Shown here: one piece after another, positions 16,090 to 20,585 of the stretch
How positions within the stretch are numbered: position 1 is the first letter of the stretch
Layout: each line of letters begins with the position of its first letter
Source of the DNA: Methanobacteriota archaeon
GTDB lineage: Archaea; Hydrothermarchaeota; Hydrothermarchaeia; Hydrothermarchaeales; JACRDW01
Direction of reading: 5' to 3'
Assembly: GCA_043820925.1 (NCBI GenBank)
Contig: JBDRDL010000074.1
Location: forward strand, 1 to 20,585
DNA: 20,585 nucleotides
The notes under the pieces: model-generated
The model's input: the letters and a program-made list of their open reading frames with translations, nothing else
What the model was told of the DNA's origin: nothing
The model's database searches: none
Position numbers and translations under genes: made by a program

Positions 16090-17943
16090 ATGAAAATACT
16101 GCTCATTCACGCTGATTACTTAGAATATAAAGTCGAAAGCAAAACTAAGGTAGCTGAGGAGATTTCTGAAGAATTGAAAACGCAGAGGACCGACGAGGTC
16201 CTCGTGGCTTTCATTGCTGTAGAAAAAGCAGATGAGGAGGGGCCTGAGAAAGCGGTGAAGCAGGCGAGCGAGGAGATAACGAGTGTTTATGGCGAGATAA
16301 AAGCGAAGAACATATTCCTCTACCCCTATGCGCATCTAAGCTCTTCGCTTGCGAAACCTAACATCGCTGTGAAAATTCTGAAAGACTTAGAAGCTCTGCT
16401 TAAGGAAAATTATTCTGTTAAGAGGGCTCCGTTCGGCTGGTACAAGAGTTTCCAGCTCAGCTGCAAGGGTCACCCGCTGAGCGAGCTGTCGAGAGAAATC
16501 GTTGTAAGCGAGGTTAAGGAAAAAGTCTCGGAAGCTGTAAAAGCTGAGGAGAAAATGGAAAGGCACCGGTTTATACTGCATAAAGGAAAGCTGATGCCTG
16601 CCAGCGAGTTCGACTTTTCGAACTATCAGAGCTTGAAAATATTCTACGAGTACGAGACATCTGGCACAAGGGCTGTGCCGAGAGAGCCGCCCCATATAAA
16701 ATTAATGCGGGAGCATGAACTCGTTGACTACGAGCCAGGCTCTGACTCTGGAAACATGAGATGGTATCCAAAGGGAGAGCTAATCAAGCAGCTACTCGAA
16801 GAGCACGTCACGAATATATTAACCGACTACGGTGCAATGCAGGTTGAGACGCCGATAATGTACGACATGGAGCACCCGCAGCTCAGCAAGTATTTGAATC
16901 GCTTCCCTGCGAGGCAGTACATCGTTAAAAGCGAGAACAAGGAATACTTCCTGCGCTTTGCAGCCTGCTTCGGGCAGTATTTAATCAAGCACGACATGAC
17001 AATTTCGTACAAGCATTTGCCGCTGAAGCTTTACGAGCTTACGCACTATTCGTTCAGAAGGGAGCAGCGCGGAGAGCTCGCAGGTTTGAAGCGCCTCCGC
17101 AGCTTTACTATGCCGGACATGCATACGCTGTGCAGGGATATGGAGCAGGCTAAGCAGGAGTTCATAAACCAGTACAGGCTCAGCATGAAATGGATGAACG
17201 ATATAGGCCTGGATTACGACGTTGCGATGCGATTCGTTAAAGATTTCTATTACGAGAACGAGGATTTTGCGAGAGAGCTTGCAGATATTGTGGGCAAGCC
17301 GATTTTGGTAGAGCTCTGGGACAAGCGCTTCTTCTACTTCATCATGAAGTTCGAATTCAGCATAAACGATGCACTAAACAAAGCAGCCACGCTCTCTACA
17401 GTACAGATAGACGCCGAGAATACCGAGCGCTTCGATATAAGCTACGTTGACGAGGATGGAAGCAAAAAGCACCCACTGATGCTGCACGCAAGCATAAGCG
17501 GAGGCATAGACCGCAATTTATATGCGATGCTCGAGAACGAGTGGCTTCGAGCGCAACAGGGCGAGAAGCCGATGCTGCCCATGTGGCTTTCGCCCACGCA
17601 GGTTAGAATTATACCTGTTGCAGAAAGTCATCTTGATTTCTGTGCCGCTCTGCTTTCTGAATTAGAAAACAGCAATATACGAGCAGACTTGGACGACGAA
17701 AGCTATACTCTGGATAAAAAAATAAGGGGCGCAGAAAAGGAATGGGTGCCATACATTGTCGTCATAGGTGGCAAAGAGATAGAGAGCGGGGTTCTGACCG
17801 TTCGAGTTCGCTCTAAGGGAGGGAAGCAGGAAAAACTGACAAAAGAAGAGCTCATTGAAAGAATAAAAAAAGAAACGGCAGGAAAGCCTTTCAAAAAGCT
17901 CTCGCTTCCCGACAGGCTTTCAAAAAGACCGAGGTTTAGATAA
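16090..17943 (+). CDS. thrS: Threonine--tRNA ligase, archaeal type with N-terminal editing domain
   Basis: MKILLIHAD, YPYAHLSS, RAPFGWYK.F..SCKGHPLSE editing domain; RFAACFGQ, FRREQRGE, RLRSFTMPDMH; C-terminal anticodon-binding domain. Confidence 0.97.
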   Translation: MKILLIHADYLEYKVESKTKVAEEISEELKTQRTDEVLVAFIAVEKADEEGPEKAVKQASEEITSVYGEIKAKNIFLYPYAHLSSSLAKPNIAVKILKDLEALLKENYSVKRAPFGWYKSFQLSCKGHPLSELSREIVVSEVKEKVSEAVKAEEKMERHRFILHKGKLMPASEFDFSNYQSLKIFYEYETSGTRAVPREPPHIKLMREHELVDYEPGSDSGNMRWYPKGELIKQLLEEHVTNILTDYGAMQVETPIMYDMEHPQLSKYLNRFPARQYIVKSENKEYFLRFAACFGQYLIKHDMTISYKHLPLKLYELTHYSFRREQRGELAGLKRLRSFTMPDMHTLCRDMEQAKQEFINQYRLSMKWMNDIGLDYDVAMRFVKDFYYENEDFARELADIVGKPILVELWDKRFFYFIMKFEFSINDALNKAATLSTVQIDAENTERFDISYVDEDGSKKHPLMLHASISGGIDRNLYAMLENEWLRAQQGEKPMLPMWLSPTQVRIIPVAESHLDFCAALLSELENSNIRADLDDESYTLDKKIRGAEKEWVPYIVVIGGKEIESGVLTVRVRSKGGKQEKLTKEELIERIKKETAGKPFKKLSLPDRLSKRPRFR

Positions 17944-19069
17944 ATACTTCTTGCGCAGCTTTTACTCCGCTTCCCAACTCAAATTTATGTCCAGCTCTTT
18001 TCAAGACCAGTTCTAGGGCTGAAATCACTTCCATCAAATCCAGGTAGCCAATATTCCCCATGTGTCCTATCCTGAAGATTTTTCCTTTTAGGTGCTCCTG
18101 TCCGCCTGCTAAAAGAATTCCGAAATCCCTCTTCAGCCTTCCCCTTATGTCGTCATCAGTTAAACCATGCGGAATTTTTATCGCAGTTACTGTATTCGAG
18201 GCTATACTCTCGCTTGGAAACAGCTCCAGATTCATAGCCTTTATCGCTTCTCTTGCAGCCTTTGCCAGCAAGCGGTGCCTCTTTATCCTTTTTTCTAACC
18301 CTTCTTTTTTCAAAGCCTGCAGCGCAGCGTGCAAGCCATAAACCAGAGTTACAGAAGGCGTGAAGGGAGTAGTTTTTTTGTCCAGAGATTTTTTGTAAGA
18401 AGCTAGGTTCAAGTAATAATTTCTCGTCTTGTTGTTCAAAATAACTTCCCACGCTTTCTCGCTCACGCTCAGCATTGCTAAACCCGGGGGTGCTGCGAGG
18501 CACTTCTGCGAGCCCGCAATGCATATATCTACGCCCCATTCATCAGTTTTTACATAGTCTCCGCCGAGCGAGGTTGTCGCATCCATTATGAATAACAAAT
18601 CGTATTTCTTGGCAATCCTGCCGATTGCTTCTGCACTGTGCAGCACTCCAGTCGAAGTTTCGTTATGCGTCAGAGTTATCGCCTTCGCATCGCTCTGCGA
18701 GACTGCTTTCTCAACCTGCGCTGCATCTGCAGTTTTTCCCCATTCTACTTTTACCTCTTTCGCTATTCCGCCGTAGCTCTGAACTATGTCCTTGAATCTC
18801 TCTCCGAACTTGCCGCCGCCTATGCAGATGAATTCCTCGCCCTCGCTGATGGTGCTCGCTACCGCAGCGTCCATCGCAGCTGTACCTGAGCCCGTGATTA
18901 GTATGGCGTCGTTCTTCGTCTGGAATATATCTCTCAAATCATTCCAGCACTGGACGAGCATCTCCCCAAAATCTGGCGTTCTGTGCCCTATGAGCGGCTG
19001 TGCCATCGCCAAGAGAACTTCCTGCGAGAGCTCCACAGGACCCGGAATAAACAGCTTTACTTTTTTCAT
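17936..19069 (-). CDS. Class V PLP aminotransferase (serine-pyruvate / archaeal aspartate or phosphoserine aminotransferase type)
   Basis: IPGP, GSGT, HNETSTG, DATTSLGG, GSQKCLAAPPG, FRIGHMG. Confidence 0.93.
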   Translation of the reverse strand: MKKVKLFIPGPVELSQEVLLAMAQPLIGHRTPDFGEMLVQCWNDLRDIFQTKNDAILITGSGTAAMDAAVASTISEGEEFICIGGGKFGERFKDIVQSYGGIAKEVKVEWGKTADAAQVEKAVSQSDAKAITLTHNETSTGVLHSAEAIGRIAKKYDLLFIMDATTSLGGDYVKTDEWGVDICIAGSQKCLAAPPGLAMLSVSEKAWEVILNNKTRNYYLNLASYKKSLDKKTTPFTPSVTLVYGLHAALQALKKEGLEKRIKRHRLLAKAAREAIKAMNLELFPSESIASNTVTAIKIPHGLTDDDIRGRLKRDFGILLAGGQEHLKGKIFRIGHMGNIGYLDLMEVISALELVLKRAGHKFELGSGVKAAQEVFI

Positions 19070-19109
19070 GCGTTGCTTTTAATATTATAAAGTAATTAAA
19101 TCTTTCTAA

Positions 19110-19898
19110 ATGATTAATTGGATTGCGAAATTGGATAATGCTCTTACTGATGCTGTTATTAAAGCAGCCCGTGGCTTTGAAAAATTTGGAATTCTATTCT
19201 CCGCAGGTCTGGACAGCTCTCTCATAGCGAAGCTCTGCGAGGATTTGGGGAAAAAGCCGACGCTCTATTCGGTCGGCATGCAAGGCTCTGCCGAGCTTGT
19301 GCAAATAGAAAAAGCAAGAAAATTTTTTAATGGAATAAAAATTAGGGTGATTAGCATTGATGAAGTCGAAAGCTATGCGAGAAAAGTTATCGCTGCGATA
19401 AACTCCTACAATGTAATGCACGTCGGAATAGAGATCCCCCTTTATATTGCCTGCGAGGAAGCCAAGAAAGACGGACACAAACTCGTGCTCTGCGGGCAGG
19501 GGGCGGATGAGCTCTTTGCGGGTTACAATAGATACCTGGGAATGCCACGAAATGAATTGGAAAAGGCGCTTCGCAGCGATGTGGAAGAGCTTTTAAAAGT
19601 AAACATACTCCGTGACATTGCGACGGCAAGGGCAAACTCTCTTGAGCTCGGAGTTCCTTATCTGGATGGTGAGGCTGTTAAAGTTGCGCTGAGCATCCCG
19701 GTTGGCTTAAAAATAAAAAATAGCATAAGAAAGTACATCCTGAAAGAAGTTGCAAGGAAAAGAAGCTTGCCCGAATTCATTTATGCAAGGGAGAAAAAAG
19801 CGGTCCAGTACTCGACAGGTGTTGATAAAGCGTTAAGAAAACTTGCAAAAGAAAAGGGAAAACGGGTCGAGGAATACCTGCGAGAAGTTAATAAGTAA
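19110..19898 (+). CDS. Asparagine synthase C-terminal (synthetase) domain protein lacking the Ntn glutaminase domain
   Basis: PP-loop FSAGLDSS, GQGADELFAGY, PYLD, RKYILK, REKKAVQYSTG; only 262 aa. Confidence 0.88.
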   Translation: MINWIAKLDNALTDAVIKAARGFEKFGILFSAGLDSSLIAKLCEDLGKKPTLYSVGMQGSAELVQIEKARKFFNGIKIRVISIDEVESYARKVIAAINSYNVMHVGIEIPLYIACEEAKKDGHKLVLCGQGADELFAGYNRYLGMPRNELEKALRSDVEELLKVNILRDIATARANSLELGVPYLDGEAVKVALSIPVGLKIKNSIRKYILKEVARKRSLPEFIYAREKKAVQYSTGVDKALRKLAKEKGKRVEEYLREVNK

Positions 19899-19919
19899 AC
19901 AAAATTGTAAGGTGAAAAA

Positions 19920-20144
19920 ATGAAAGTCCAGAAAGAGGCAGAGAAAGTTTTGAAAGAGCTTTCCAAGGCGCTCGGGGAAATCAACCTGAGCGAGACCTAC
20001 TATGTCGTCGAGGACATAAACATGACCCGGAGCGACGGTGAGGCGAAGGTAGATGGAAAATTCAAGGAAATAATCAAAAAGAACGCTCCCAAGCTCGACG
20101 AAGAGGGAAGCTTCGTGATGGAAGTCGGGAAGTGGGTCGAATAG
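19920..20144 (+). CDS. gatC: Asp-tRNA(Asn)/Glu-tRNA amidotransferase subunit C, archaeal type
   Basis: 74 aa with ETYYVVEDINMTRSD and NAPK..EEG; GGTGA SD; directly upstream of gatA. Confidence 0.85.
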   Translation: MKVQKEAEKVLKELSKALGEINLSETYYVVEDINMTRSDGEAKVDGKFKEIIKKNAPKLDEEGSFVMEVGKWVE

Positions 20145-20145
20145 C

Positions 20146-20585
20146 ATGCCATTCGCCAGCGGATTGCTTAGTAGTGAAGAAAACATCTCTCGCTACCTCG
20201 AGAAAATCAAAAAAGAGGACAAAAAAATCAATGCGTTTATCGAGCTGAATCCAAATGCCATAGAGGAAGCCAGAAAGATTGATAGAAAAATCGGGCATGG
20301 CAAGGCAGGAAAACTCGCCGGCTTGGCTATTGCGATAAAGTCCAACATAAACGTTCGAGGCTTGAGAGCTACCTGCGCATCAAAAACTTTAGAAAATTAC
20401 GTTTCCGCCTACGATGCAACTGTCATCGAGAGAATAAAGAGAGAGGACGGAGTTATAATCGGCATGACAAACATGGACGAGTTCGCCTGCGGCAGCTCTG
20501 GAGAAACTTCTTACTTCGGCGCTGCGCAGAACCCTGCCGCTATCGGAAGAATTCCGGGAGGCTCTTCTTCTGGAAGCGCAGCAGC
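20146..20585 (+). CDS. gatA: Amidotransferase subunit A (amidase signature), partial; runs off the right edge
   Basis: Manually translated: INAFIE...GKLAGLAIAIKSNI...TCASKTLENY...YDATVI...GMTNMDEFACGSSGE...RIPGGSSSGSA. Confidence 0.95.
   Translation, partial: MPFASGLLSSEENISRYLEKIKKEDKKINAFIELNPNAIEEARKIDRKIGHGKAGKLAGLAIAIKSNINVRGLRATCASKTLENYVSAYDATVIERIKREDGVIIGMTNMDEFACGSSGETSYFGAAQNPAAIGRIPGGSSSGSAA

Noticed and set aside
1269..20298. Remaining short track ORFs overlapping the called genes (e.g. 1333-1746, 3700-3963, 10897-11358, 18156-18539, 19833-20186)
   Set aside because: Shadow frames of well-supported genes with no recognisable motifs.

Overview
Archaeal (euryarchaeal-type) chromosomal segment. 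Housekeeping genes: a site-2 protease (partial), the four genes of the archaeal modified mevalonate pathway (AcnX small and large subunits, UbiD, UbiX), an ATP-grasp protein, SppA, a GldG-like protein, an HD-domain phosphohydrolase, YjbQ, archaeal ThrRS, a class V aminotransferase, a glutaminase-less asparagine synthase domain, gatC and gatA (partial). The two AcnX subunit genes are separated by an accessory block (about 2.0-9.3 kb). It holds an Lrp/AsnC-like regulator, a UbiA prenyltransferase, and a plus-strand cassette: a secreted Zn-dependent PLC/P1-nuclease-like protein, two membrane proteins, a CPBP protease and a frameshifted secreted protein. Most notable observations: (1) a 43-nt imperfect palindrome flanked by TC sits in frame (net 45 nt) inside two unrelated genes; (2) an imperfect direct repeat brackets the cassette; (3) a phased operator-like array and a structured leader precede the cassette; (4) a solitary CRISPR-repeat-like sequence lies at its right edge. 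All family calls come from motif recognition, not database searches.
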